Assembly: GCA_051294375.1 (NCBI GenBank)
Contig: CM119264.1
Location: 23,782,285 to 23,846,284, forward strand
DNA from: Paraspadella gotoi
Lineage: Eukaryota > Animalia > Chaetognatha
Length of the DNA stretch: 64,000 nucleotides
Direction: 5' to 3'
The notes beneath the pieces were generated by a model. It did not search any database. It worked only from the letters and a program-made list of their open reading frames with translations, and was not told the origin of the DNA. Each line of letters starts with the position of its first letter. Positions within the stretch are counted from its first letter, which is position 1. The translations under genes were made by a program, and so were the position numbers. Of the stretch, positions 1 to 12,856 are shown piece after piece.

Positions 1-449
1 GCACAGCAAGCCCGGGCCTGCCCGGCTTAAGATTTCTTTCTCAAATTGTCAATTTGAACAACAAAGATTAACTCTCAAAACGCGTGCATTATTCGTCCAT
101 ACGAGCACACGTGCATAGAAATCCTTAGATAAAGTATTTCAATGTCGTTATTATCTAAGCTGCTCGCCGTCCTTTCGCCATTACGTAATCATCCCCACCC
201 CAAAAAAAGAGTCTTCCTGAAACGAGATTCTGTCATCAAGTTCTGATTAGCTGCTCAAAAAAACAGAAGCGACCGATAATTCCCATCTTCACGTCTGGCG
301 TCTATTTTCTTAATCTCTAACCGGAACCGGAAGTGGCAAATCGATTTCCGGAGGCGGAAACTTTTTTTCCGGTCTTTCGCCTCCGAGTCATTTACCGAAA
401 CTTATTGCAACACTTCTCCGGTCGTCTATCCACAATTCGTTTCGAAAGT

Positions 450-759
450 GCCACTCTCAATATCGGCGTCCATTCTCAATATCGACATCCACTCTCAATA
501 TCGGCGTCCACACTCAATATCGGCATCCACTCTCAATATCGGCATCCACTCTNNNNNNNNNNNNNNNNNNNNNNNNNNNNNNNNNNNNNNNNNNNNNNNN
601 NNNNNNNNNNNNNNNNNNNNNNNNNNNNNNNNNNNNNNNNNNNNNNNNNNNNNNNNNNNNNNNNNNNNNNNNNNNNNNNNNNNNNNNNNNNNNNNNNNNN
701 NNNNNNNNNNGCATCCACTCTCAATATCGGCATCCACTCTCAATATCAGCATCCACTCC
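450..759. repeat. 19-bp minisatellite (CACTCTCAATATCGGCATC)n spanning an N gap
   Basis: Head-to-tail near-identical units on both sides of the gap, with no spacers. Confidence 0.9.
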
Positions 760-929
760 CGCTTTTTTTATTTGTCTCGCGGTGACCAGAGGAATCTTTT
801 TACTGCTTTTCTCGCCTTTCACGCAACCCGTTCCCTTTTTTCTTTCTTATTCTTCTCTTTTTCTTCTCTTTCTCCTTTTTTTGCGATCGTCATACTCTCT
901 CTATCTTTGTCTCTCTCTTTATGTGTTTC

Positions 930-963
<34 letters not shown>

Positions 964-1318
964 NNNNNNNNNNNNNNNNNNNNNNNNNNNNNNNNNNNNN
1001 NNNNNNNNNNNNNNNNNNNNNNNNNNNNNNNNNNNNNNNNNNNNNNNNNNNNNNNNNNNNNNNNNNNNNNNNNNNNNNNNNNNNNNNNNNNNNNNNNNNN
1101 NNNNNNNNNNNNNNNNNNNNNNNNNNNGACTCGAATTTCTTTATTTCTGACGAATCAAAAGACAAAAAGAAAAATGGAAGCCTCGACTAAATCTTCTTTA
1201 TAATTACTTCTATCTTTTTTCTTTTCTTTTTCCCCTTTCTTTTCCTTCTTTCCCTTTTTAATGCTCATAGCGAGTTGTACGTGATTGCGCTTTCCTCTCT
1301 TCTCTCTCTCCTCTCTCT

Positions 1319-1379
<61 letters not shown>

Positions 1380-3057
1380 AACTTACTCTCTGTATTCACT
1401 CCTCTATGAAGCAATTAGGTGAAATTGCTTATAATGAGAAAAGATTTCATCTCCCTGCCATCGGAAAGAGAGACAAGCGAATAAAAGGGAAAAGATAAAA
1501 GGGAAGAAATAAAATATCAACGCAAAACGTTTTCCATCTTTTTTTTTTTTCTATTTTTTTGTTCTGTCTTTGTAATGTGGGTTTATTTCGTTTTCATTGT
1601 TCTTTTACTAGCTCCCTCATTTCGTCGTTAACTTCTTTCGCTCAAGAAATAGAAAAGAGTTGTCCCATCTTTCCCACATTTTCAACTGAGATTTTATTCT
1701 CTGTCAAAACTTCAATACATTCTCACTTATCCATTTTGAGTGGTGTTTACATTTTCACTTCAAAATGTTTACATTTTCACTTTGTTTTCGACTCAATAGT
1801 TGAGCCTCCATCTTTTTCGTCTCGAGATTTTTATTCGCGTTTTTTCTTCTTTTTTTTTTATTTCGATTTTGTTTTTGCTGAAACGAAATCATCAGAAACT
1901 TTTTTTTTAATTTCAAAAAAACGAGATTGAGAAAATTGCGAGGATTTTAGAAAAGATTTTAGGTTGACGTAGATTCAGACTGGGATCCAAATACAGACCC
2001 GGATCTTGAACCAAAATCGGGTCACAACTCTATCCTTTCTACCCCGTTTACATAATCACCTTCATCCTCCTACTTTTCTCTTTCTTTTTTCTTTCGCAAT
2101 ATTCTGTTCTATAGTCTGCCTTTCATTTTTCATTCTTTCCTTTAATTCCCTTTAATTTTTTTGTCCTTCTTTATTCATTCCTTCCTTACTCCCTTCTTCC
2201 CATTCCTTTCCCTACCCTACCTTTATCCTCCTTTACTTCCCTATCTTCAACCCCTAGCGGCGACCAAACATAAACAAAAGCCTCGGGTGGATTTAATGAG
2301 GATAAAAGAGAAACGAACCGAACGAGGTTTTTCCCTTTTTTTAGATTTATTCCAATTCATTTTGCTCCACTTTGCGAAATGGTTTTTCATTTCGAATTAT
2401 ATATATTTTTTTTAGTAAAGACTTGTTCCGTTTTGCAGTTAATTATTCGAAGTTACTTTAATTGCAGTTACTCTCATTGAATTAAAGTCATCGGTATTTA
2501 CTGTAATCATTAGCGACAAAGGTCAAAACTGGAACCGACAAAAAGTTTAAATCTTTCTCGAAACAAATTTCAAGTTCCGATCTCTTTAGCTTCAAAAAAA
2601 AAATATTAAACTCCAATATTCTCCAAAGACCAAGGAGCTATTGAAGATCCAATCTTCCTCAAGAACCAACAACTAAGATCCAATCATCCTTTTGCAATAA
2701 ATACCCAAAGCTCGATTATCCGTCTCGCGAAGATGTTGGAAGAGAGATAAGGTCTAACGCATCTTGGAACAAAGTCAAACGTCGATAAATCAATTCTTAT
2801 CGCAACCAAATCTTTCCTTATCTCCCTAAATCTCCTTTAACCTCTTCAAACTTTTCTCTTCATCTTCGCCTTCCTAACTTCCTTTCCTTCTTTCCTCCCT
2901 TCTCTTTTAATTTTCTACTCTTGCTGTTCTTTTTCTACTGTCTTCTTTCTGGCTTCTATCTTTTTTCTGTCTCTTCTGCCGCGTGTGCTTGGGACTCGGA
3001 GGTCGTGAGAGTGATCACGAGATTCGCCGTTTAGGGTGGACACATTTCTTAATTTTC

Positions 3058-3171
<114 letters not shown>

Positions 3172-4386
3172 TTCCTCCCTTCCTCCGAAAATCCCCCAGA
3201 CCATCGAAAACAATCAATTATGGCGGACAGGATGGGCGCGTCTCCGAGCTTGAGGCGAGAGGACGACGACGACGACGACGATTACGACGACGATGAGGAC
3301 GAAACCCACCAAGGACAAAGTCAACAAAGAAAACGACGTCTTAGTGATCAGAAAATGGTCGGGCGGGCTGATGTAAATTCTGTCATTTAAAATACTTGGT
3401 AATTGAAGTAAATTTAACGGACTCTATAATACGTAATATTTCCGGAGCCGCATTCCCATGGTTATTGAAAAAGAAGTTATTGAAAAAGAAGTTTTCAACG
3501 AATCATATGAATATTTTCTAGCTCACTTTATGTAACACCGAAGCATCTGCGATATCGTAAATCGATATTTATTTCGATTTTTTTTTCTTTTTTCAATTTA
3601 CGGTGAATTTTATTTCACATCTGCGTCGCAAACGAAGAAAAAAAATTATATAAAAAAAAGGGAATCGTCGTCGTGTTTGCTCCTTTTGATCACGTGATTA
3701 TTTCACCTCCACTTCGGTTCTGCTTCTCACTTAATTTACTGCAACCGGCCAGCGATTTTTAGTTATTAGTACTTAGTTATTCCTAATTACTAATAATAAT
3801 CGGTAATCATATTTCAAGTTTAATATCGCTATCATTATATTCCTAGTTTAATCATATACTGAAAGTCTTTTTAAAACCTTTTTTAGTTAAATCAATTGAA
3901 GTATGGTTTCCTCTGATGCCCGCTTCTAGATCTATCGACTTCAGTTGTATTCCATCCTGCATTCGATCTTTTTTTTTCGTTTTCTCCCCAGTTTTCTTTT
4001 GCTCTCCTTTCATTTTCCTTTTTTCTTTCTCCCGAAATTTCGATCGATTTTTCAAAAAACAAAAAAGTCTTTTCAAAAATCGATATTTTTTCTTTTAATT
4101 TTATTCGATTGGATTTTGTTTTTGTTTATTTTCTTTGAGCGAGCGACGCTGATTTTCCCCAAGTTTTTTTCCCCGAATTTTCGGATTTTTATTTTATTTT
4201 TTACCTTTGTTTCAATTTTTAACTTTTATATTTTCACAGCTCTTGTCTAAATATATTCATTTTATATTTCTATAATTCTATATTTCTATATTTTCTATAT
4301 TTCTAACGGTAAATATCATTCATGAATCCTGAACGAGTTTGCTTTGGAGAAACGCGTGAACGATTTCCATGAAAGGAACGGAGAAA

Positions 4387-4424
<38 letters not shown>

Positions 4425-4714
4425 ACGAGAGAGAGAGAGAGAGAGAGAGAGAAGAAATTATTTTTCAAAAACTTATATGAAATCACGGGGATGAATCATT
4501 TCGAAAGGAAATGATTCTATGACAGAAAGAAGGGAGAAAGAGAGAGAAAAGGACAGACAGACAAGAGGAAGAAGGGACGACGAAAATAGAGACAGATAAA
4601 GATACAAAAGGTAATAGAATAATAAGTTTCAAGAAGAAAATTAATAGCAATAGTACAAAAATGAAAGAGTCGGAGAATTAAAATTATTTACAGGGAATTG
4701 CAAATATTCGAAAA

Positions 4715-4731
4715 ATATAAAGAAAGAAATA

Positions 4732-4795
<64 letters not shown>

Positions 4796-4799
4796 AACA

Positions 4800-4862
<63 letters not shown>
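4715..4862. repeat. (AAAG)n-type microsatellite; representative of many (AG)n, (AAAG)n, (ATT)n, (ATC)n and (GAC)n tracts in the window
   Basis: Direct inspection. Other examples: (CT)n 3061-3168, 7261-7386, 15576-15688, 23183-23297; (ATT)n 8728-8824; (AAT)n 24875-24962; (ATC)n 35013-35110; AAAG-rich 48220-48520, 53600-54120, 61000-61505. Confidence 0.95.
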
Positions 4863-4863
<1 letters not shown>

Positions 4864-4959
4864 GATTGAATCTATGTACAATGAAGAGGAATTCAAAAGA
4901 AGAAAGACTCGAATGTAAACAAAAGTAAAAACGAAGACGACGAGAGCGGCGACGTTGAA

Positions 4960-4991
<32 letters not shown>

Positions 4992-5755
4992 AGTCAACAC
5001 ACAACAATAAAACCGCGGGAAAGACTTTTTTCATGGGAATTTTTTTTTCTTTCCTCAAAGAGAAAGAAAAAGTGGAGGGGGGCGTCGGAGGGGGGGGGGA
5101 GTTGAAGATTAATTGGGAAAACAATCGAGGAGAATAAAAGTGAAAAGAGAAAATAAACGTCATTCAGATCGAAAAACAAGAAATGAGAGAAGAATTAAAT
5201 GAAAATGACAGGATCAGTTAATGAAGAAAAAAATCAATGGCGAAATAAAAAGAAAAAAAATAAAGAAAAAGGAGGAAATAAAATAGAAAAAGAAAAAAAA
5301 AGTATTTCTTCTCTCTCGATGTAATAAGAAGAAAGTCCATCTTGATTGGACTTTTGCAGTAAATGTTTTGACGGTTTTATTTTCTTGCGATTACGTTCGC
5401 TCACTCACTCACTCTTTCTTTTCTTTCCTTTCCTTTTTTCTTTCCTTTCTTTCTTTCTTTCTTTCTTTCTTTCTCTCCTTCTTTATTTTCTTTCTTTCTT
5501 TTCTTTCTCTCTTTATTTTTTTATTTCTTTCTTTTTTTTCTTTCTATTTCTTCCTCTCGCCACGTGGGCGAGACTCTCTCTCTTTCTCCATCTTGTTTTG
5601 ATTTCCTTTTCCGCCGCCGAATGACGCCACGCATCCCCATTAATCATCTTCCGCCACCTCCTCCTCCTCCTCCTCCTCCTCCTTGTCTTCCTACTCCGAA
5701 CCACAATGAGTCTTTCCCCACAAAGCGGAACCACTTTGGCCACTCGACGTCGTCA

Positions 5756-5850
5756 CCCTTTTCTTTCCCTTCATTTTCCTTTTCTTTCCCTTCATTTTCC
5801 TTTTCTTTCCCTTCTTTTTCCTTTTCTTTCCCTTCTTTTTCCTTTTCTTT
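5756..5850. repeat. ~21-bp polypyrimidine tandem repeat (CCTTTTCTTTCCCTTCATTTT-like)
   Basis: About four units, giving SFSFPSF repeats in the ORF track. Confidence 0.7.
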
Positions 5851-6831
5851 CCTTTTTTTTTTAAATCTTCATCGGTCTCTAGATCTTCCCCAAGATTCGA
5901 TACAAACCTTTTTAATAAATGATAGATTCACGGAATCACGTTTCACTCTTTATTCATACCTTCACTTTTCTACTTCGAGTCTCAACACTATCCCTCATTT
6001 TTACCTCTTTTCTCCCTTTTTCTTTCCTTTCCTCCTTTTCTTTCTCTAGATTCGTTGCCTCCTTCACATTGCTGTTTATTGCTTCTCTCTCTCCTTTCCT
6101 CCTCTCATTTCACGGATCCTCCCTTTCCTCGTTACTCCCTGTCACCCTCCGTCCCTTCTTCGTTGCTGTCTTCGCTCCCTTCATCTACCCCTTCTTCCTC
6201 CCGTTCACTCTCTCTTTTCCTCCCTCTCCCTCATCTTCCTTTCTCTNNNNNNNNNNNNNNNNNNNNNNNNNNNNNNNNNNNNNNNNNNNNNNNNNNNNNN
6301 NNNNNNNNNNNNNNNNNNNNNNNNNNNNNNNNNNNNNNNNNNNNNNNNNNNNNNNNNNNNNNNNNNNNNNNNNNNNNNNNNNNNNNNNNNNNNNNNNNNN
6401 NNNNNNNNNNNNNNNNNNNNNNNNNNNNNNNNNNNNNNNNNNNNNNNNNNNNNNNNNNNNNNNNNNNNNNNNNNNNNNNNNNNNNNNNNNNNNNNNNNNN
6501 NNNNNNNNNNNNNNNNNNNNNNNNNNNNNNNNNNNNNNNNNNNNNNNNNNNNNNNNNNNNNNNNNNNNNNNNNNNNNNNNNNNNNNNNNNNNNNNNNNNN
6601 NNNNNNNNNNNNNNNNNNNNNNNNNNNNNNNNNNNNNNNNNNNNNNNNNNNNNNNNNNNNNNNNNNNNNNNNNNNNNNNNNNNNNNNATCCCATCCGTTC
6701 TTCGAAGAATCTACACGCGCAAACAGAATTTATTTCTTCAAGAAGTAAACAATGCGATTTGTTTGCTTTTATTTTCAAACGTGCGCGCTTTTTCATGGGA
6801 AGAGAGAGAGGAGAGAGAGAGAGAGAGGAGA

Positions 6832-6871
<40 letters not shown>

Positions 6872-7259
6872 AGAAGAGGACGAGAGAGAGAGAGAGGCCT
6901 CTTTTTACTTTTATGTATATACGCCCTTATATTCGTTGGCCCAAAGTCGCAAAATAGATTGGAAAAAATATCTGAAGTAAAGAAACTTTGAAAAATTAGG
7001 AATAAGAAAAAAAAAAAAGAGAAGGAAAAAAATGAATAAAGAAAGAGAAAATGAAAGGAGAAGATAAAGCGGAAATCAGCGAGAAAGAAAAATCGAGATT
7101 TCTCNNNNNNNNNNNNNNNNNNNNNNNNNNNNNNNNNNNNNNNNNNNNNNNNNNNNNNNNNNNNNNNNNNNNNNATTTCTTATTCTTTTTGTCTTTTTCC
7201 TCATTTCTCCTCCTCTTTTTTATCCTTTCTTTTCTGATTTTGGAGAAGCGTTTAATCAT

Positions 7260-7390
<131 letters not shown>

Positions 7391-7876
7391 ATCTATCTCT
7401 CGCATGTGACGATCGAAAAAACATCGTCAAAAACAGTCCCTCGTTAATTCATTAATTAATAATAATACAATTATTGATTAATTCGAGGTTTTGTTTTATT
7501 TAATAATATGTCGATTCTTTACTCTCTTAATTTATTCATGTATGTATCCTCAAATTTATTAATCTCTAAATTTCTTAAATTAAATTTTTTTTTAATTAAT
7601 AAATTATTTTAACATAGATATTCATTCACCAAAAATTTATTTATTTATTCATTTTTTGTTTTTGATTACCTACATAAATCACCTTTTCTCTCTCGAGTTG
7701 AATTAATAAAACTACTTTTGGACAAGAATAAAAATGGCTCACAGTTTTACATCGATGAGCGTGTTCGCTTCATTTTTTGAAGGATTTTTTGAGTCATTTT
7801 TTGACTCTTTGTTTCTTTTGCTACATCGGATCTAAAATAATAATTTTTTTCACTTTGCCATTTCGGTTAATAGTAA

Positions 7877-8365
7877 TGAAATTGGTACAACCAATATAAA
7901 AATTATCCATTCATTTAATAAATAAGCTATCTTGCCCCTGACTTTGGACAGGCTTTGGTGGTTTAAGGCCTCCATCACTCTTACAAGATAATGACATAGC
8001 AGGTCCCTGCAAGCTTTCAATCAAGACTCTCTCACAGTCTCGTTTATTCACTCCCAGAGTTCCTGGCTTCCCTATCAATGAAGTGGTATAATATTTCAAA
8101 GAATGTTTCAATTGTATGAAAAGACCACTCCCTTAAGTATTAGATCGGGGAATACTTATTGTACTCCGCACTAGCATCAAAATACAAGGAGCTGAATTTT
8201 ATGAAATTGGTACAACCAATATAAAAATTATCCATTCATTTAATAAATAAGCTATCTTGCCCCTGACTTTGGACAGGCTTTGGTGGTTTAAGGCCTCCAC
8301 TCTTACAAGATAATGACATAGCAGGTCCCTGCAAGCTTTCAATCAAGACTCTCTCACAGTCTCGT
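7877..8365 (+). repeat. ~324-bp-period repeat (about 1.5 units), member of a dispersed family
   Basis: 7877-8043 recurs almost exactly at 8201-8365. Related copies at about 16075-16170 (+) and 59670-59880 (-). Confidence 0.85.
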
Positions 8366-8728
8366 AAATGAGAAATACAAATATGGCATCCATTGCAAAA
8401 CTACCCGGTTTCACTTGGCAGAGAACAAAAAAAAAATATTAACTTCTCATTCTCTCCGAACGTCGACTGAGAAAGAAAAAGAGATAAAATAGAGAATTCT
8501 GTCGGGAGTTGAAAATTAAATAGATAATAATTAAATGGATAAAAAAATTAAAAAAAGGAATTAAGCGGATTTTCTGTTCCTTTGTTCCGCGATTCGACAA
8601 AGATGGAGCAGAGGACAAGATTAAGAGAGACGAGAACGATGATAACATAGAAGTTGTGTGAGTGTGAGGTGAGATATGTGAACAGTGATTAAAGATGGGA
8701 AAGTGAACGAACTATTTAACTATTTAAC

Positions 8729-8824
<96 letters not shown>

Positions 8825-8991
8825 CCATCCATCATCCATCAATCTATTCATTTATCCATCCATCCATTCAACTATCCGTCCATATATTCATCCATTCGTA
8901 CATTCCTACATCCACCCACACATACACCAACCTATTCATACACACATCCCCTCACATCATCCCCCGACTCACACCCCAAACCCAAACTCAC

Positions 8992-9321
8992 CTTCGGCGC
9001 GATGAAGAGTCCCTGGGTGTGCGGCGACTGGGCCGAGTAGTGGAACTGCCACGTCGTCGTTGACGCGGGTTCCACGCCGCCGCCGATGACGTCACTTCCG
9101 GCGAGATTCGACGCCGAGGCCGACGCCGGCGGCATCTCGCCCAGCGTCGTCGTCAGGTGGTAAGGGACGCCGCCGCCGCCGCCGCCGCCGCCCGTCCGCA
9201 GCGTGGCGTGATGCTGCAGCAGCGCTCCGTTGGAGAGCGTCGAGGCTAAGGCCACATGATGGGGTGGGTGATGCAGAGGGTGATGGGCCGAGTGATGGGG
9301 CAGCATCGCCGTGTGGGAAGG
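8992..9321 (-). CDS. IgSF receptor cytoplasmic-tail exon
   Basis: Acceptor ccttccacgcag, donor gtgagt, 330 nt, phase 0-0. PSHTAMLPHHSAHHPLHHPPHH...GGGGGGGGVPYHL...TWQFHYSAQSPHTQGLFIAPK. No stop, so at least one more exon follows (not located). Confidence 0.85.
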
Positions 9322-9338
9322 CTGCGTGGAAGGATTTT

Positions 9339-9439
<101 letters not shown>

Positions 9440-10081
9440 ATGGATGGAGAGAATGAAGGCATGAGCGTTGGTAAGGAGAGATGAGAGAGAGGAAAGAAAA
9501 AATAAGGTTTAGGAGATTAAGGAAAAATAGCAATTAAAAGCGGAGCAAAAGGCAAGCGAGGATAGAGGAGTAAGGGGAAAGTAAGGGATCGGAGGGGAGC
9601 GAAGGAGAGGTAAGGGAGGTAAGGGAGAGAGAGAGATTCGGGATTAATGGGTCTACGCTAGAATTTATTAGCCTCTGCACTGACGGTCATCGGTCGTTTG
9701 AGTTAATGTCCGGGCAATTAGCCTATTAGCCTATGAACGTCCATTAGCGCTTTGCCGTAAATTCCCCTTTTCCGGCGGACAAAAGAGGAAAGGGAAAAAA
9801 ATTTAGGCAAGGAGCCTAAAAAAAAAAAAAACAGCCTCCTGAGAAAAATCTAGGTTTTACCATTCATGTACTGTTAGTTGAAACAATCAGTACAACTCCG
9901 ACAATGATTTCTAGATAAAAACTGGAATTTTACATTAATTAAGTTTAATTTTTTTTTGTTAAATATTATTTTTTAATTTTAAGCAACGCTGATTAGTATC
10001 GCTTTAATTTTTTAATTTTGCAAATTGCAATTTTTCAATGGCGACCGCCTCTCTCAGATGGCAGAACGCCCAAACCCTCAC

Positions 10082-10303
10082 CTTTTGCACCAAGACGCCT
10101 CGTTTCTGCAGAATCCCGACCAACGCGATGATGACGGCCATGAAGCAAAGGAGGATGACGACGATGACGGAGATTTCGAGGATCGTGATGGAATCGTGAT
10201 CGAGTCCCGCGCCGGAGGTCATCCCGCCGTGAGATCGACCCGGAGAGGAGCGTCCGTCGCTGGTTCCTTCGCGTCCCCATTCGAAGGGGAAACGGGGGTC
10301 GTA
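10082..10303 (-). CDS. IgSF receptor stalk and transmembrane exon
   Basis: Acceptor tcttccttcag, donor gtgagg, 222 nt, phase 0-0. YDPRFPFEWG...SITILEISVIVVILLCFMAVIIALVGILQKRGVLVQK: hydrophobic helix followed by a basic stop-transfer QKR. Confidence 0.9.
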
Positions 10304-10608
10304 CTGAAGGAAGAGAAGTTGGAGGGATGGGCCCGTTCAGTGAGTGGATAGGAATTCTTTTTATTAAATTTTGGTCAGAGTTATAGGGTTGTAAAATGCT
10401 TAAAATAATCATTCATTCATTCATTAATTTATTCATTCATTCAATCATTCTTTCATTAATTTATTCATTCATTCATTCATTAATAATTCATTCATTCTGT
10501 CATTCATTAATTCCTTATTCATTTATCATTATCATTTATCATTTATTCAGCAATTCTTTGTTTCATTGTTTCAGCCTTTCACTGTTCTTTTTTTCCCCAC
10601 GAACTTAC

Positions 10609-10752
10609 CTTATCCCTCGAGGTCATGGCAGCCGCGTCGTTGGTGAGTCTCAGCGTCATATTGTGGGTGAGGATCTGCGCCTCTGACGCTTTCACTCGGA
10701 GTTGAAGTGAGTAACGGGGCTTCAACGTCGATTTGGCCCCGATGAGCAGGGC
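10609..10752 (-). CDS. IgSF receptor exon (end of membrane-proximal domain)
   Basis: Acceptor cctcctccgcag, donor gtaagt, 144 nt, phase 0-0, open. ALLIGAKSTLKPRYSLQLRVKASEAQILTHNMTLRLTNDAAAMTSRDK. Confidence 0.83.
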
Positions 10753-12454
10753 CTGCGGAGGAGGTGAGGAAGAAAGGAAATGTAAGGAACGGAAGGTAAG
10801 GTCAGGTCAGAAAAGGAGGTAGGGAATGTGAAAAGATCTTAGATACGTTTTGTAAATAATCGAAAGTATCAGGACTTAATTTCGAGTTTTATATCTTTTT
10901 TCGCTCAATTTTGTATTTTCAGGTCAAGCTGTGTTTGAACATTTGTGCTTTTTTATATTCTTCATATTCTTTGTTTAGTGAAAAGATTTTGTTTTCCCGT
11001 CTTCTGTTTGTAAAATTATAGTCTTAAACTCCTTGCGTATTTATCTGTTCGAGCAAATTTTAAAATTAAAACCGTGAGGACTTTTTTTATCTTCGCTTCT
11101 TCACTTTTTTGTCTTCTTGTTTTTTTACGAGAGAATCCTTACATCTTTACCCAATAAAGCTTTCCTCGATTTTTTTCTCCTCGGTTTTATACTTTTTTCC
11201 TGTTTCGTGATCTTTTACGTTAAAAATATCTAATATCTAATATATCTCTCTCTCTCTCTCNNNNNNNNNNNNNNNNNNNNNNNNNNNNNNNNNNNNNNNN
11301 NNNNNNNNNNNNNNNNNNNNNNNNNNNNNNNNNNNNNNNNNNNNNNNNNNNNNNNNNNNNNNNNNNNNNNNNNNNNNNNNNNNNNNNNNNNNNNNNNNNN
11401 NNNNNNNNNNNNNNNNNNNNNNNNNNNNNNNNNNNNNNNNNNNNNNNNNNNNNNNNNNNNNNNNNNNNNNNNNNNNNNNNNNNNNNNNNNNNNNNNNNNN
11501 NNNNNNNNNNNNNNNNNNNNNNNNNNNNNNNNNNNNNNNNNNNNNNNNNNNNNNNNNNNNNNNNNNNNNNNNNNNNNNNNNNNNNNNNNNNNNNNNNNNN
11601 NNNNNNNNNNNNNNNNNNNNNNNNNNNNNNNNNNNNNNNNNNNNNNNNNNNNNNNNNNNNNNNNNNNNNNNNNNNNNNNNNNNNNNNNNNNNNNNNNNNN
11701 NNNNNNNNNNNNNNNNNNNNNNNNNNNNNNNNNNNNNNNNNNNNNNNNNNNNNNNNNNNNNNNNNNNNNNNNNNNNNNNNNNNNNNNNNNNNNNNNNNNN
11801 NNNNNNNNNNNNNNNNNNNNNNNNNNNNNNNNNNNNNNNNNNNNNNNNNNNNNNNNNNNNNNNNNNNNNNNNNNNNNNNNNNNNNNNNNNNNNNNNNNNN
11901 NNNNNNNNNNNNNNNNNNNNNNNNNNNNNNNNNNNNNNNNNNNNNNNNNNNNNNNNNNNNNNNNNNNNNNNNNNNNNNNNNNNNNNNNNNNNNNNNNNNN
12001 NNNNNNNNNNNNNNNNNNNNNNNNNNNNNNNNNNNNNNNNNNNNNNNNNNNNNNNNNNNNNNNNNNNNNNNNNNNNNNNNNNNNNNNNNNNNNNNNNNNN
12101 NNNNNNNNNNNNNNNNNNNNNNNNNNNNNNNNNNNNNNNNNNNNNNNNNNNNNNNNNNNNNNNNNNNNNNNNNAGGGGGTATTGGGAAGAAATAGGATTA
12201 AGAGGGAGGTGGAATGAGGAAAAGCAGTTCAGCATAAAATGGCAGCTCAGACGGGCATCCAAAGGTGGTTTGCAAGATGTGCCTAGGAATGGTAACTTTG
12301 GGTTTTTTGGGGGCTGAGGTGATAATCATAATAGTAGCTAATCTTGGGTACCCGTCGGACAAGGAAATTTTTGCTTTCAGTGACAAAAGTAAAAAAATAT
12401 ACGTAACATATTCCTAAGACGAATAAACGAGGGAGGCCATGTCAAAGTTTTTCG

Positions 12455-12489
<35 letters not shown>

Positions 12490-12825
12490 CACCGAGCAAA
12501 GATCAACCTCGGAACTGAACTCGAAGCTGAAATAGAATTCATTGATGTTACGTGATGGTTTTTACCATCTCTTATCTCCACTCTTCTAATTTACACACAG
12601 ACCAAAGAGACACGATTTGTTGTAGTAGTGACGCGAGGTTAGTAATTATCAAGTATATGCTGAGTCAGACTTATTACTTAAGCATTGCTTTAGTGCAGCA
12701 CGGCTCGACTGTGTCAAAAGTACGCATAGTATATATAGTGAGCAGGAGCAGTCAATGAGAGAGGGCAGCAGGTCGAGAGATGAGTGAGCAGAGAGAGACC
12801 GAAGAGAGAGAGAAGAGAGAGAGAG

Positions 12826-12856
<31 letters not shown>

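Noticed and set aside
450-759. 19-bp repeats as a CRISPR array
   Set aside because: Units are contiguous with no unique spacers, there are no cas genes, and the context is eukaryotic.
5610-5755. Candidate terminal exon of the IgSF gene
   Set aside because: On the minus strand it is preceded by a purine tract with no usable acceptor, and the content is mostly (GGA)n.
7877-8365. TRIM or mini-LTR element (two ~165-bp direct repeats around a short interior)
   Set aside because: No clear TG...CA ends, primer-binding site, polypurine tract or target-site duplication. The 59.8 kb copy spans the unit junction, which favours a tandem monomer.
9087-9101. ETS-CRE composite TGACGTCACTTCCGG
   Set aside because: Falls inside a coding exon (AGSDVI), so it is explained by codon usage; no independent support.
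11237-12262. Long ORFs crossing N runs (here and elsewhere)
   Set aside because: Their length comes from undetermined bases.
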